A DNA stretch of 64,000 nt from an uncultured Chloroflexia bacterium (GCA_963780375.1 CAWABV010000008.1:1002052-1066051); one strand, 5' to 3'; numbered from the stretch's first letter, positions 53,062 through 63,485 are shown. Program-made: numbers and translations. The notes: generated by a model from the letters alone, not told the origin.

Positions 53062-54333
53062 TCAGGCAGTCTGGCGCAGCGCGTCGACGGCCCGGACGAC
53101 GTCCTCGAAGGAGCAGTACATCGGCACGGGGGCGAGCCGGACCAGATCTGGCTCGCGGACGTCGGCGACCACGTCGAACGCCTCCAGCGCGACGAGTCGG
53201 CCGTGCGCGTCGGGCACCCGGATCGACAGCTGCGACCCGCGCTGGGCCGGATCGCGCGGCGTGATGATCGTGCCGTCGGGGACATGTGCGTCGATCAGCC
53301 GCTCGAGCTCGCCGGTCAGGTTGACCGACCGCGCGCGAAGGGCGGACATCCCGACCTCGTCGAACATCGCGAGCGACACCGCGATCGGTGCGAGCGAAAG
53401 GATCGGTGGCGTCGAGATCCGGAACCCATCAGCTCCCGGACCTGGCTCGAAGGTCTCCGCCATGCGGAATCGACTCGCAGGGTCGTTGCCCCACCAGCCC
53501 GCCAGGCGAGGCGTGTCGTCCCGGCGCGCATGGCGCTCGTGGATGAACAGCTGAGCGAGCGCACCCGGCCCGCTGTTCAGGTACTTGTACGTGCACCACG
53601 CCGCCGCATCGACCTCGTCGTCATGGAGCGCGAGCGGCAGGTTGCCGGCACCGTGCGCGAGATCCCAGATCGCGACAGCACCCGCAGCATGCACGGCGGC
53701 GGTGTGGCGCCGGATGTCGAAGGCCTGCCCGGTCGCATAGTTGACGCCTGCAAGGAGCGCCACGGCCAGGACGTCGCGCTCGCGGACGATCGCCCCGTCG
53801 AGATCGTCCGGCCGGACCGTGTCCTCGCCCGGGCGTGGCCGCACGACGACTAGGTCGGTATCGGGGTCGAGGCCGTGGTGGCGGAGATGGGACTCGACCA
53901 CGTAGCGGTCGGACGGGAACGTCGGCGCGTCGATGAGGATGCGGCTCCGAGGCCCCTGCGGGCGGAAGAAGGACGCGAGCAGCAGGTGGAGATCGATGCT
54001 CAGCGTGTTGGCCGTGGTCACCTCGGCGGGCAGCGCGCCGACGAGTCTGCCCGTCGCCGCGGCCAAGTCGCGCTCCACATCGATCCACGGTCGTCGGGTA
54101 TCGAACCAGCCGTCGACGCCGAGCCGCGCCCAGGCATCGAGCCGCTCCTCCACCGCTGCCCTTGCCGCCTTGGGCTGGGCACCGAGGCTCTGACCGGCGA
54201 GGTACGCCTTCGGTCGGCCGTCGCGACCGACAGGCAGGCGGAACCGGTCGCGAAGCGCGGCGGCTGGATCCGCCGCATCGCGCCGGATCGCCGCCTCGCG
54301 CTCGGCCTCGATGGTCGATCCCGCCGAGGTCAC
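53062..54333 (-). CDS. kynU: kynureninase
   Basis: The GTG at 54333 overlaps the upstream stop. A PLP fold with ...AVAIWDLAHGAGNLPLALHDDEVDAAAWCTYKYLNSGPGALAQLFIHERH.... Confidence 0.8.
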   Translation of the reverse strand: MTSAGSTIEAEREAAIRRDAADPAAALRDRFRLPVGRDGRPKAYLAGQSLGAQPKAARAAVEERLDAWARLGVDGWFDTRRPWIDVERDLAAATGRLVGALPAEVTTANTLSIDLHLLLASFFRPQGPRSRILIDAPTFPSDRYVVESHLRHHGLDPDTDLVVVRPRPGEDTVRPDDLDGAIVRERDVLAVALLAGVNYATGQAFDIRRHTAAVHAAGAVAIWDLAHGAGNLPLALHDDEVDAAAWCTYKYLNSGPGALAQLFIHERHARRDDTPRLAGWWGNDPASRFRMAETFEPGPGADGFRISTPPILSLAPIAVSLAMFDEVGMSALRARSVNLTGELERLIDAHVPDGTIITPRDPAQRGSQLSIRVPDAHGRLVALEAFDVVADVREPDLVRLAPVPMYCSFEDVVRAVDALRQTA

Positions 54334-55736
54334 TCGCCGGACGTCTCGCCCGAGCGTGTCAGGCGCGCGGCGACGTCCGGGATGCCGCCACGGACGACGA
54401 GGCGGACCGGGTGCCCGCGCGCCTCGAGCAGACCCGCGGCGATCGTCGCGCGCGAGCCGGACTTGCACGCCACGGTCACCGGGGCGCCGTCGGGTATGGA
54501 CAGGTCCGCGCCCGCGATGATCCCCGCGAGCGGCATCGCGGCGGCGTCCGCGACCCGGCCCTCATCACGCAATTCGTCGGGGTCCCGGACGTCGACGATG
54601 ACCGGTCGCTCATCCGACCGGAGCTCGTCGGCCAGCTCGGCCGACGTGACGGTCGTCATCCGCGCGACGCCTCGTCCGGACGCAGCCCAGCGGTCGACGC
54701 CGCCCTCGAGGACGCCGACCAGGCGGTCGAAGCCGACGCGGACCAGCTGGTCGACCGCCTCGTGGGCGGCGCCCGCATCGGCGTCCGGCAGCACCAGGAC
54801 GAGCGGCGTACCGATGGGGAGGATCCAGCCGACGTACGAGGCGAACGTGTCGCCCAGCTCGACCGTGAGTGAGCCCGGGATGTGGCCTTCGGCGATCGCC
54901 CCCCGGCGTCGACCGTCGACGACCCGGGCGCCATCGGCGATGGCGCTGGCGACGGCGTCAGCGTCGAGGGCGTCCAGCGACGGCCGGTCGCCGAGCACGA
55001 CGGGGCCGGCCCGGTTCATGGCCGCCATCTGGCGGTAGTAGGCGGGATAGGGCATGAAGCCGGCGATCAGCTGTTCACGGAATCGGTCGGCATCGCCGAT
55101 CGCGAACAGCGGGTTCATGCGCCGTTCGTGGCCGATCGTCGACACCGTGTCGCTGTGCATCGGCCCGGCCGCGCAGAAGCTGCCGGAGCCGTGTGTCGGC
55201 CACACCGCGACCTCGTCGGGCAGCGTGGCCATCGCACGCAGCGACGCGAACTGCTGGCGGGTGAGCCCGTCCGTCGCCTCGTCGCCGAGCAGGTCGGTGC
55301 GACCCACGCTGCCGACGAGCAGCGACCCACCGGTCAGGACCGCCGATGGCGTCCCACCGTCCGCTGCCGTCTGGTCGTGGACCTCCCAGGCCAGGTGCTC
55401 GGGCGTATGGCCGGGCGTCGCTCGCGCCCGCAGGAGAACGCCGGCGACCTCGACCTCGTCGCCGTCATCGACCCCGCGGTGTTCGAACGCGTAGCGTCCG
55501 CGGGCAGGGGCGACGACGCGCGCCCCATCCGAAGACACGAGCTCGAGGGCGCCCGACAGGTAGTCGTTGTGGACGTGCGTCTCGACGACAGAGCGGAGCA
55601 GCCAGCCGCGGCGTTCCAGGATCTCGCGGACGCGCCAGGCGTCGCGCGGCGGATCGACGACCAGGGCCTCGCCGTCCGACGCGATGACGTAGGTCGAATT
55701 GCCCAGGCCTAGCGTGCGCAGGATCTCGACGTCCAT
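54330..55736 (-). CDS. MBL-fold metallo-hydrolase fused to tandem rhodanese domains (persulfide dioxygenase/sulfurtransferase CstB-like architecture)
   Basis: The N-terminal portion carries ...VVETHVHNDYLSGALEL...TPGHTPEHLAW... (HxHxDH). The C-terminal rhodanese portion carries VIVDVRDPDELRDEGRV and the Cys loop VACKSGSRA. Confidence 0.7.
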   Translation of the reverse strand: MDVEILRTLGLGNSTYVIASDGEALVVDPPRDAWRVREILERRGWLLRSVVETHVHNDYLSGALELVSSDGARVVAPARGRYAFEHRGVDDGDEVEVAGVLLRARATPGHTPEHLAWEVHDQTAADGGTPSAVLTGGSLLVGSVGRTDLLGDEATDGLTRQQFASLRAMATLPDEVAVWPTHGSGSFCAAGPMHSDTVSTIGHERRMNPLFAIGDADRFREQLIAGFMPYPAYYRQMAAMNRAGPVVLGDRPSLDALDADAVASAIADGARVVDGRRRGAIAEGHIPGSLTVELGDTFASYVGWILPIGTPLVLVLPDADAGAAHEAVDQLVRVGFDRLVGVLEGGVDRWAASGRGVARMTTVTSAELADELRSDERPVIVDVRDPDELRDEGRVADAAAMPLAGIIAGADLSIPDGAPVTVACKSGSRATIAAGLLEARGHPVRLVVRGGIPDVAARLTRSGETSGE

Positions 55737-55860
55737 CGGCGCCCATCATCGGGTACCGGTCCAGCGTCCGCCCGACGTTCCGCCATACTTCCAAGTCCGC
55801 GAGCCAGTCCGCGAACCAGATGTGGTCGGCTGGATCTGTGGGGAGGAGACGCTCGAAGCG

Positions 55861-56856
55861 ATGACCAAGATCGGCTACGCCGCGATGATGGAGCAGTTCC
55901 ATCCCAACGACCTCGTCGACTGGTGTGCCCAGGCCGAGGAAGCTGGGTTCGAGGCGGGCTTCATGGTCTCGGAACACTTCCACCCGTGGACCCCGAAGCA
56001 GGGCCAGAGCGGGTTCGCCTGGGCGTTCATGGGTGCCCTCGGGCAGAAGACGTCGCTCCGATTCGGGACGGCCGTCACCTGCCCGGGCTTCCGCTACCAC
56101 CCCGCGGTCATCGCCCACGCCGCGGCGACGCTCGGCGCGATGTACCCAGGCCGCTTCTACCTCGGCCTGGGGGCCGGCGAGGCACTCAACGAGCACGTCG
56201 TCGCCCCGGTCTGGCCGGAGGTGCCTATCCGCAGCGCGATGATGTTCGAAGCCATCGAGGTCATCGACAAGCTGTTCTCGGGCGAGGTCGTCCGTCACGA
56301 TGGCAAATACTTCACGCTCGAGCGGGCGAAGCTGTACACCCGCCCACCCGACGACCAGAAGGTCCCCATCTACGTGGCGACGGCCGGCCCGGTGAACGCC
56401 AAGAAGACCGGCAAGTTCGCCGACGGGCTGATCACCGTCGGTGCGGCGGACGAGAAGATGGAGCGGATCTGGGGCAGGTACGAGGAGGGTCGGGCCGAGG
56501 CCGGCAAACCCGCGGGCGGCCCCAAGTTCCTCCAGATCCACATCTCGTGGGCCCGCACCGACGAGGAGGCCATGCAGAGCGCCCTCGATGAGTGGCCGAA
56601 CGGTGGCATGGCGTTCTTTCCCAAGCAGGACATCAAGAACCCCGAGGACTTCGATGGCATCGCGAAACTGGTCCGTCCCGAGGATTTCACGAACCGGGTG
56701 ATGATCAGCAGCGATCTCGAGGCCCACTGCCGGCACATCCAGCACTACGTGGACATGGGCTACGACGAGATCCATCTCCACAACGTCGGGCGCAACCAGA
56801 CCGAGTTCGTCGAGGTCTTCGGCAAGGAGGTCCTGCCCAACCTTCGCCTGACCTGA
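55861..56856 (+). CDS. LLM-class F420-dependent oxidoreductase (F420-dependent glucose-6-phosphate dehydrogenase family)
   Basis: ATG at 55861. MTKIGYAAMMEQFHPNDLVDWCAQAEEAGFEAGFMVSEHFHPW...RFYLGLGAGEALNEHV matches the FGD1-family consensus. Confidence 0.7.
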   Translation: MTKIGYAAMMEQFHPNDLVDWCAQAEEAGFEAGFMVSEHFHPWTPKQGQSGFAWAFMGALGQKTSLRFGTAVTCPGFRYHPAVIAHAAATLGAMYPGRFYLGLGAGEALNEHVVAPVWPEVPIRSAMMFEAIEVIDKLFSGEVVRHDGKYFTLERAKLYTRPPDDQKVPIYVATAGPVNAKKTGKFADGLITVGAADEKMERIWGRYEEGRAEAGKPAGGPKFLQIHISWARTDEEAMQSALDEWPNGGMAFFPKQDIKNPEDFDGIAKLVRPEDFTNRVMISSDLEAHCRHIQHYVDMGYDEIHLHNVGRNQTEFVEVFGKEVLPNLRLT

Positions 56857-57945
56857 TCAGCCGACGAGTGGCCTCCCGCCGGCAACGACGGTGGCGACGA
56901 GGAGGCCCAGCAGCCCGATGACGACCCACACCGAGGCGCCGAGCAGGAACGGCCGACCGCCGACGGCGGCAAGGGACCGCAGATCCGTCGCCATCCCGAC
57001 ACCCGCGAGCGCGATCAGGATGAAAACGGCGGCGAGGGTCGAGCAGAGGTCCGCCAGCGTCCCGCCCGTCGGGAGCGGCGCGTCAAGCAGGCCGATGGAG
57101 CGCAGCGCGGCCACGATCACGAAGCCCACGACGAACCAGGGCACGGCCCGACTGACCATCGCCAGCCGGGAGGGGCTCGTGGCCGGCGGGCCATCCCCTG
57201 CCGCCTCTCCGGCGACGCGCTCCGAGCGCGCGACGAGCCAGGTCGCCCCCAGCAGTACCGGGAGGATGGCGAGGTTCCGGGTCAGCTTGACGACCGTGGC
57301 CACGTCACCCGCCGCCGGCGAGAACGCATAGCCCGTCGCGACGACCTGCGCCGTGTCGTTGACGGCGAGCCCGGCCCACGTCCCGAAGACCGGATCCGAC
57401 AGCCCGAGGATTCGACCGAGCACGGGCAGTAGCAGCACGCCGATGAGCCCGAACACGGTGATGGTCGAGACCGCATACGCCGTATCGCGGTGCTTCGCGC
57501 CGATGATCGGCGAGAGGGCGAGGATGGCCGAATTGCCGCAGATCGCCATCCCGACCGTCACGAGGACCGAGAGTGGCGGCACGAGGCCCAGCCGTCGGGC
57601 CAGCCAGATCCCGAGCAGCAGCGCGATGACGACCACGACGACGATGCCGACGATGCTGGCCCCGCCTGTCGCCAGCAGCTGCCCGAGCGTCAGCCGCGCC
57701 CCGAGCAGGGTGATGCCCAGCCGGAGCGCGTACCTGGCGGCGACCGTCGCGCCGGGGACGAGTCGCGGTCGGAGGGCGACGGCCGCACCCACCGCCAACC
57801 CGAGGACGAGCGCCAGCGCCGTCTCGAGACCGAGTTGGAGCGCCGACCCGATGAGCCGCGCGACGATCGCGACGGCGACGCAGGCCAGGAGCCCGGGGAG
57901 TGCTTCGGCCGCGACGTCGACCCGCGAGGACCGAGCCGCGGTCAG
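56857..57945 (-). CDS. UPF0324/YeiH-family membrane protein (putative sulfate-exporter-type transporter); start codon uncertain
   Basis: Polytopic, with ...[39 protein letters not shown]... The ORF upstream of 57945 overlaps glpX in another frame, so the start was placed at the CTG/overlap position provisionally. Confidence 0.5.
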   Translation of the reverse strand: MTAARSSRVDVAAEALPGLLACVAVAIVARLIGSALQLGLETALALVLGLAVGAAVALRPRLVPGATVAARYALRLGITLLGARLTLGQLLATGGASIVGIVVVVVIALLLGIWLARRLGLVPPLSVLVTVGMAICGNSAILALSPIIGAKHRDTAYAVSTITVFGLIGVLLLPVLGRILGLSDPVFGTWAGLAVNDTAQVVATGYAFSPAAGDVATVVKLTRNLAILPVLLGATWLVARSERVAGEAAGDGPPATSPSRLAMVSRAVPWFVVGFVIVAALRSIGLLDAPLPTGGTLADLCSTLAAVFILIALAGVGMATDLRSLAAVGGRPFLLGASVWVVIGLLGLLVATVVAGGRPLVG

Positions 57946-58925
57946 AGTCGGACCCGGGGCGGGCTGTCCCGATCGAACATGTGGACGGTGTCGACGAAGC
58001 GGACCTGCTTCGTCTGGTAGGCCATCACGAGCGAGTGGGTCCGCGCCCCACCGCCGAAGAAGCGCACGCCCTGGAGCAGGTCGCCGCTCGTCACGCCGGT
58101 GGCCGCGAACACCAGGTTGTCCCCGGGCGCGAGATCCTCCGTGCAGTACACGCGGTCCTCGTCGCCGTGGCCCATCCGCTCGCCGCGCTCCTTCTCCTCC
58201 GCGTTGCGGTAGCGGAAGCGGGCCTGGATCTCCCCGCCAAGACAGCGCAGCGCGCCGGCGGTGATGACGCCCTCGGGTGCGCCACCGATGCCCATCACGG
58301 CGTGCACGCCGGTGCCGGACACCGCACACGAGATGGCCGCTGAGAGGTCGCCATCGCTGATGAGCTTGATGCGGGCCCCAGCTTTACGGACCTCACCGAT
58401 GAGCGCTTCATGCCGCGGCCGGTCGAGGATGACGACCGTGATGTCCGACACCTTCCGGCCGAGCGCGTCGGCGATGCGTCCCAGGTTCTCGGTCGGGGTC
58501 AAGCGGATGTCGACCTTGCCCGCGGCGGGTGGCCCGACGCAGAGCTTCTCGAGATACGTGTCGGGGGCATGGGTCAGCCCGCCGGCCTCGCTAGCGCACA
58601 GGACGGTGATCGCACCAGCCTGGCCGAGCGCGACGAGGTTCGTGCCCTCGAGCGGGTCGACGGCGATGTCGATCGCCGGGACCTCCTTGCGCTCCTCGCC
58701 GGTCTTCCCAACGCGCTCGCCGATGTACAGCATCGGCGCCTCGTCGCGCTCGCCCTCGCCGATGACGATCCGGCCGGCGAACTCGATCTCGTCCATCGTC
58801 GACCGCATCGCGCTCGTGGCTGCCGCATCGGCCTCGTCGCGGGCACCGCGACCCATGAACCGGGCCGATTCGATCGCGGCTGCTTCGGTGACACGGACCA
58901 TCTCGAGGGCGAGTAGCTGTTCCAT
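57942..58925 (-). CDS. glpX: fructose-1,6-bisphosphatase class II
   Basis: [27 protein letters not shown]...[21 protein letters not shown]...[13 protein letters not shown]. Confidence 0.9.
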   Translation of the reverse strand: MEQLLALEMVRVTEAAAIESARFMGRGARDEADAAATSAMRSTMDEIEFAGRIVIGEGERDEAPMLYIGERVGKTGEERKEVPAIDIAVDPLEGTNLVALGQAGAITVLCASEAGGLTHAPDTYLEKLCVGPPAAGKVDIRLTPTENLGRIADALGRKVSDITVVILDRPRHEALIGEVRKAGARIKLISDGDLSAAISCAVSGTGVHAVMGIGGAPEGVITAGALRCLGGEIQARFRYRNAEEKERGERMGHGDEDRVYCTEDLAPGDNLVFAATGVTSGDLLQGVRFFGGGARTHSLVMAYQTKQVRFVDTVHMFDRDSPPRVRL

Positions 58926-58937
58926 GGGCTCCGTCGA

Positions 58938-60506
58938 TCAGTGGCGGAAGTGGCGTCGTCCGGTGAAGACCATCGCCATGTGATGGCGATCCGCGACCTC
59001 GATAGCCATCTCGTCCCGGATCGAGCCGCCCGGCTGGATGATCGCCGTAACGCCGGCGGTGGCGGCCGCCTGGATGCCATCCGGGAACGGGAAGTAGGCA
59101 TCGGACGCCATCACCGCAGTCTTCGCGCGGTCGCCGGCCCGCCGCAGCGCGATCTCGACCGACACCTGGCGCGAGGCCTGGCCGGCGCCGATGCCGACCG
59201 TCGCCGCGTTCCGTGCCAGGACGATCGCGTTCGAGCGGACGTGCCGAACGGCCCGCCAGGCGAACAGCAGGTCGGTGAGCTCCTCGAGCGTCGGCCGCCG
59301 GCGCGTAACGACCTGGAGCTGGCCGCGATCGAGCCCGAGGTCGTCCAGGTCCTCGACCAGGAGCCCGCCGGCCACCCGCTTGAAGTCGAGGTTGGCGATG
59401 CCGTAGTCGCGCATCCCGTCCGTGGGATCGGGCGGGACGGCGAGCAGCTCCAGGCCGGCCTTCTGCTTGAGGATCCCGATGGCTGCCTGGCTGAACCCGG
59501 GCGCCACGACCGCCTCGTACGAGTTCGCGGCGATCTCCCGCGCCGTGGCGCCATCAAGCTCGCGGTTCACACCGACGATGCCGCCGAACGATGCGACGGG
59601 ATCGGTCTCGAGGGCGTGGCGATACGCCTCCACGAGCTCGTCGTGCGAGGCCAGGCCGACGGGATCGGTGTGCTTCACGATCGTCACGGTCGGGGCCGTG
59701 TAGTCGCGCGCGATCAAGTAGGCGGCATCGAGATCGAGCAGGTTGTTGAACGACGGCCGACCGCCCTGGAGCTGCGTCGCGTCGGCCAGGGTTGCGCTCC
59801 GATGCGTCGTCTCGCGATAGAAGGCCGCGTGCTGGTGCGGGTTCTCGCCGTAGCGCAGGTCGTCGACCTTCTCGAGGACGAGTGCGAGACGGTTGGGGTA
59901 GCGGTTCCCGGAGATCTGATTGAGATACGCCGCGATCTCGGCGTGATACGCGGCGACGGTGCTGAAGGCCTCCGCCGCGAGTTGCGCTCGCGTCTCCGCG
60001 CTGACCTGCCCCAGCTCGCGGAGCTCGCCGATGATCCGCTCGTAATGCGAGGGGTCCGACGCCGCGGCGACCCCGGCGGAGTTGCGAGCAGCCGCGCCCA
60101 GCAGAGCAGCTCCACCTACATCGATCATCTCGATCGCCTCGTCGATCCCGACGAGCTTCGCCCCGACCGACGGCGCGAACGGCTTCACGTTGACGACGAC
60201 GAGATCGATCGGCGCGAGCCCCTGCTCCTTGAGGTCGGACATCTGCTCGGGGACGTCGCGGCGGGCGAGGATGCCCGCATAGACGGCGTGATGGAATGTC
60301 TTGACCTGGCCACCCATCGTGGGACCGCCGTCGGTCAGCTCGTTGACGGAGGAGACCTCGACCCCTTCACCGGCCAGGTAATCGCGCGTCCCGTCGGTGG
60401 CGAACATCTCCACGCCGAGCGCATGGAGCTCCCGGGCGAGCGCCGCGATCCCCTCCCGGTCCGCGACTGACAGCAGGGCTCGCACCCGGGGCGTTCCTCC
60501 TCCCAC
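58938..60506 (-). CDS. purH: bifunctional AICAR formyltransferase / IMP cyclohydrolase
   Basis: The MGS-like N-terminus reads RALLSVADREGIAALARELHALGVEMFATDGT, with ...GGQVKTFHHAVYAGILARR. The C-terminal AICARFT region reads ...GSIRDEMAIEVADRHHMAMVFTG. Confidence 0.9.
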   Translation of the reverse strand: MGGGTPRVRALLSVADREGIAALARELHALGVEMFATDGTRDYLAGEGVEVSSVNELTDGGPTMGGQVKTFHHAVYAGILARRDVPEQMSDLKEQGLAPIDLVVVNVKPFAPSVGAKLVGIDEAIEMIDVGGAALLGAAARNSAGVAAASDPSHYERIIGELRELGQVSAETRAQLAAEAFSTVAAYHAEIAAYLNQISGNRYPNRLALVLEKVDDLRYGENPHQHAAFYRETTHRSATLADATQLQGGRPSFNNLLDLDAAYLIARDYTAPTVTIVKHTDPVGLASHDELVEAYRHALETDPVASFGGIVGVNRELDGATAREIAANSYEAVVAPGFSQAAIGILKQKAGLELLAVPPDPTDGMRDYGIANLDFKRVAGGLLVEDLDDLGLDRGQLQVVTRRRPTLEELTDLLFAWRAVRHVRSNAIVLARNAATVGIGAGQASRQVSVEIALRRAGDRAKTAVMASDAYFPFPDGIQAAATAGVTAIIQPGGSIRDEMAIEVADRHHMAMVFTGRRHFRH

Positions 60507-60601
60507 CGCGCGTCCGTCGGGGGCGGACCGCTGGGGCCGAGTATAGCGTCAGGCATGGCATACTCCGGCCACCGACCGACCATCCCTGCAGCGAGGCAGC
60601 C

Positions 60602-61042
60602 GTGACGCTCGCGCCCTGGGACTACCTGTTCCTGTCGTTCAGCAGCCACAACTTCCCGGACCTGTTCCACCCGACGTGGATCGCGTCGCTCGCGCTGCTG
60701 ATCGTGCTCATGGTCCTGTACCGCGTGCGCACCCGAGCGCTCCACCGCCATCAGCCGTATGTCGACCTGTGGGAATGGCTCTGGTGGACGGGTCTGATCA
60801 CCTTCAGCCTGTTGATCATCGAGGCGATCTTCATCTTCGACTTCATCCTCGTGCTGGCGACCGAGATCATCGGGTTGGGGACCCTCGTGTGGATCCGGTT
60901 CATGCGCTTCCCGCCGATCCTGCGCGCGCACGAGCAGCGCCTCGCTCGGCAGCGCTACTACACCAAGCAGAAGTTCGCTGATCCCGAGGCGACCATCCGC
61001 CGCCGCGGCGGGCCGCGCCGCCAGCGTCGACGGCGCCGCTAG
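60602..61042 (+). CDS. small hypothetical membrane protein (3-4 TM, Trp-rich, basic C-terminal tail)
   Basis: The ORF shows hydrophobic periodicity (IASLALLIVLMVLY, WWTGLITFSLLIIEAIFIFDFILVLATEIIGLGTLVWI) and ends RRQRRRRR. Confidence 0.4.
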   Translation: MTLAPWDYLFLSFSSHNFPDLFHPTWIASLALLIVLMVLYRVRTRALHRHQPYVDLWEWLWWTGLITFSLLIIEAIFIFDFILVLATEIIGLGTLVWIRFMRFPPILRAHEQRLARQRYYTKQKFADPEATIRRRGGPRRQRRRRR

Positions 61043-61048
61043 AGTCCG

Positions 61049-61522
61049 ATGCCGATCGAGGTCGTCCGGTTCGGCGTCGGCCATCGACGGCCCGATGGTC
61101 CGCCGGGCACGATCGGCGTGACCGGCCAGCCGATCCACAGCGATCGCCGTGGCGCGATCAGCGAGCTGGCCTTCGCCCGCGAAGCTGCGATCGAGCCGCA
61201 CGCCAACCCGAACACGTCCTGGTTCATCGTCATCGAGGGCGGCGGCTGGGTCGGCGTCGGCGACGAGCGGTCTCGGGTCGCGGCGGGCGAGGCGGTCCTG
61301 TGGCCGGCCCATGTCCCGCACGCCGCGTGGACCGAGCACTCCGAGATGCGCGCGTTCATCGTCGAGTTCATGGGCGCCGACGACGACGTCCTCGGCGGCA
61401 CAATCGAGGGTCGTGCGGTCGAGGCCGGCGCCCTGGGCGTACCAGTCGCCCGTGGCGAGGGCCACCTCGTCACGGAGGGATCCCAGGTACGTCACGACCC
61501 GGAGGCCGGCGAACCGGCCTGA
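61049..61522 (+). CDS. cupin-domain protein
   Basis: The cupin_2 beta-barrel motifs are present: ...HANPNTSWFIVIEGGGWVGVGDE..AGEAVLWPAHVPHAA.. A GGCCGG-cgaa-CCGGCC hairpin overlaps its stop. Confidence 0.55.
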   Translation: MPIEVVRFGVGHRRPDGPPGTIGVTGQPIHSDRRGAISELAFAREAAIEPHANPNTSWFIVIEGGGWVGVGDERSRVAAGEAVLWPAHVPHAAWTEHSEMRAFIVEFMGADDDVLGGTIEGRAVEAGALGVPVARGEGHLVTEGSQVRHDPEAGEPA

Positions 61523-61588
61523 CCGGGTCGTGACGAGGGGTCGGGACCTCCTCCTGTCCCGCCCACGGGGGATTTCGAAGTAGGGCCC

Positions 61589-63115
61589 TTACTCGTCCAT
61601 ACGGGCAAGTCGGTCGAGTAGATCCAGGAAGCCGTGGACCTCGTCAGTCGGCGGCAGGGACTCCGCATGGCGGTAGGCGACCTCGGCGATATCGGCGAGA
61701 TGCACCCGGTTAGCCCATGGACTACCGCGCAGGACCTCGGCCGTGGACGCGACGACCGCGTCGAACCGGAAGAAGGGGTCCGTCGCCCCGAACTGGCGAG
61801 CCAGGTCACTGGTCCGGACCTCGCGGTCGATCTGGTCGGCGCCGCCGTCGTCCGGATCGGTCCAGCGGAGCGAGACGGTCGCGATGCGACCCTGCCGCCC
61901 AACGTCGTCGTTCAGCTGGATCGCGTACATCGCGGTCACGCTGTGGCCGGCGCCGATCGCTCCCGCGTCGACGCTGTCGTCCGTGAAGTCGCGGTCGTCG
62001 ATGGCCCGGTTCTCGTAGCCCACCAGCCGGTAGGCGGCGACCGCTTCCGGGTCGAACTCGACCTGGGCGCGGGCGTCGAGCGCGACCGTCTGGAGGGTGC
62101 CCGTGAGGTCCTGCGTGAAGAGCCGCTCGGCCTCGTCGCGCGTGTTCACGTAGGCGTAGAAGCCGTCACCCTGGTCGGCTAGCTGCTCGAGCAGGACGTC
62201 GTTGTAGTTGCCCATCCCGACGCCGATCGACACCAGCTCGATGCCGGCAGCGGCATCGCGGCGGATCCCGGCGAGGATGCTCTCGGGCTCGGTGAGGCCG
62301 ACGTTCGCGACGCCGTCGGACGCGAGGACGACCCGATCGATACCGTTCTCCGTCAAGGCCGAGCGAGCGAGGTCGTAACCCAGCCTCAGCCCGTGCTCCA
62401 GGTTGGTCGATCCGCCCGGCTGGAGGCGGTCGATGACGTCGAGGATCGCGTAGCGATCGGTCGCGGGCGTCGGCTCGAGCAGCACCTGGCCGGCATCGCC
62501 GAACGTGACGATGGCGACCGTATCGCCACGGCCGAGGCCGTCGACCAGCCGGGCGAGCGCGTCCTTCACGAGCTCGAGCCGGTTCTCGCGCGCCATCGAC
62601 CCGGAGGTATCGATCACGAAGGTGAGGGAGGCGTCCTGGCGAGCGTGATCACGGACCTCGCGTGCCTGGAGGCCGATACGAAGGAGGATCTCGGCGGGAT
62701 CCGTGAACGGGGTCGGCCCGCCGTCGGCGACGATCGAGAAGGTGTCGTCCAGCGGCGGTCGATAGCCCTGGTCGAAGGCGTTTACCCATTCCTCTACGCG
62801 GACGCTCGACGGGTCGGGTCGGAAGCCGTCGTCGACGTACCGCTGCGCGATGCTGTACGAGGCGGTGTCGACGTCCAGGGCGAAGGTCGAGACGCGGTCC
62901 TCGACCGGGTCGACGTACGGGTTGACGCCCGGATCCTCGTAGGTGACGCGGTCATAAGGCGTCGGGGCCGGCCCTTCAGGGTAGACCGGTGGTGGCTGGT
63001 GATGAGCCGGTGGCTGGGGGGCCGGGCCGCCGTTGGCGGTCGATGATCCCGCGGACCCGGAACAGGCGCTCGTCAGCAGGGCGACAGCAGCCAGGGCGAG
63101 GAGTGGCGTACGCAT
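61589..63115 (-). CDS. von Willebrand factor A (vWA) domain lipoprotein (YfbK-like)
   Basis: ATG at 63115 with a lipobox LLALAAVALLTSACSG. The vWA MIDAS reads FVIDTSGSMARENRLELVKDALARLVDGL...LASDGVANVG, with C-terminal DUF3520-like beta-rich regions. Confidence 0.75.
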   Translation of the reverse strand: MRTPLLALAAVALLTSACSGSAGSSTANGGPAPQPPAHHQPPPVYPEGPAPTPYDRVTYEDPGVNPYVDPVEDRVSTFALDVDTASYSIAQRYVDDGFRPDPSSVRVEEWVNAFDQGYRPPLDDTFSIVADGGPTPFTDPAEILLRIGLQAREVRDHARQDASLTFVIDTSGSMARENRLELVKDALARLVDGLGRGDTVAIVTFGDAGQVLLEPTPATDRYAILDVIDRLQPGGSTNLEHGLRLGYDLARSALTENGIDRVVLASDGVANVGLTEPESILAGIRRDAAAGIELVSIGVGMGNYNDVLLEQLADQGDGFYAYVNTRDEAERLFTQDLTGTLQTVALDARAQVEFDPEAVAAYRLVGYENRAIDDRDFTDDSVDAGAIGAGHSVTAMYAIQLNDDVGRQGRIATVSLRWTDPDDGGADQIDREVRTSDLARQFGATDPFFRFDAVVASTAEVLRGSPWANRVHLADIAEVAYRHAESLPPTDEVHGFLDLLDRLARMDE

Positions 63116-63485
63116 CGCGCGACCTCCTCCGGGTGCCACTGGCGAGCAGGCACACCCGGGCACTTGGGCGACCCACCGAGGTGGCTCGCAGGTCCCGAGT
63201 GGTGCCACCAGTGCACTGTCGGGCCGACACCTCGACGGCGGCACGGCTCTGGCGGTTCCGTGTCGCGTGGCCGAAGCGTTCGTCCCGGGGTCAATGGCGG
63301 CTCACCCGCATGTGGAACATCACGATGTTCCGATCAGCGGCGGAACGAGTGGCCGATGGCCGTTTTGGAGCGGATCCTGACACCTCGGCCGCCGTTCGGA
63401 ACATCTCGCGTCCCGCAAAGCGGAAGAATCGAAGTTCAGCCGCCGCTTGGAACATGGGGATGTTCCAATCGCGGTCCGGGACCGG

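Noticed and set aside
63314-63468. Possible LexA/Cheo SOS box, given the GAAC...GTTC content of the GGAACAT palindromes.
   Set aside because: The Cheo box requires GAAC-N4-GTTC. Here the GAAC and GTTC cores are separated by 8 nt, so the motif is reported as an unassigned operator instead.
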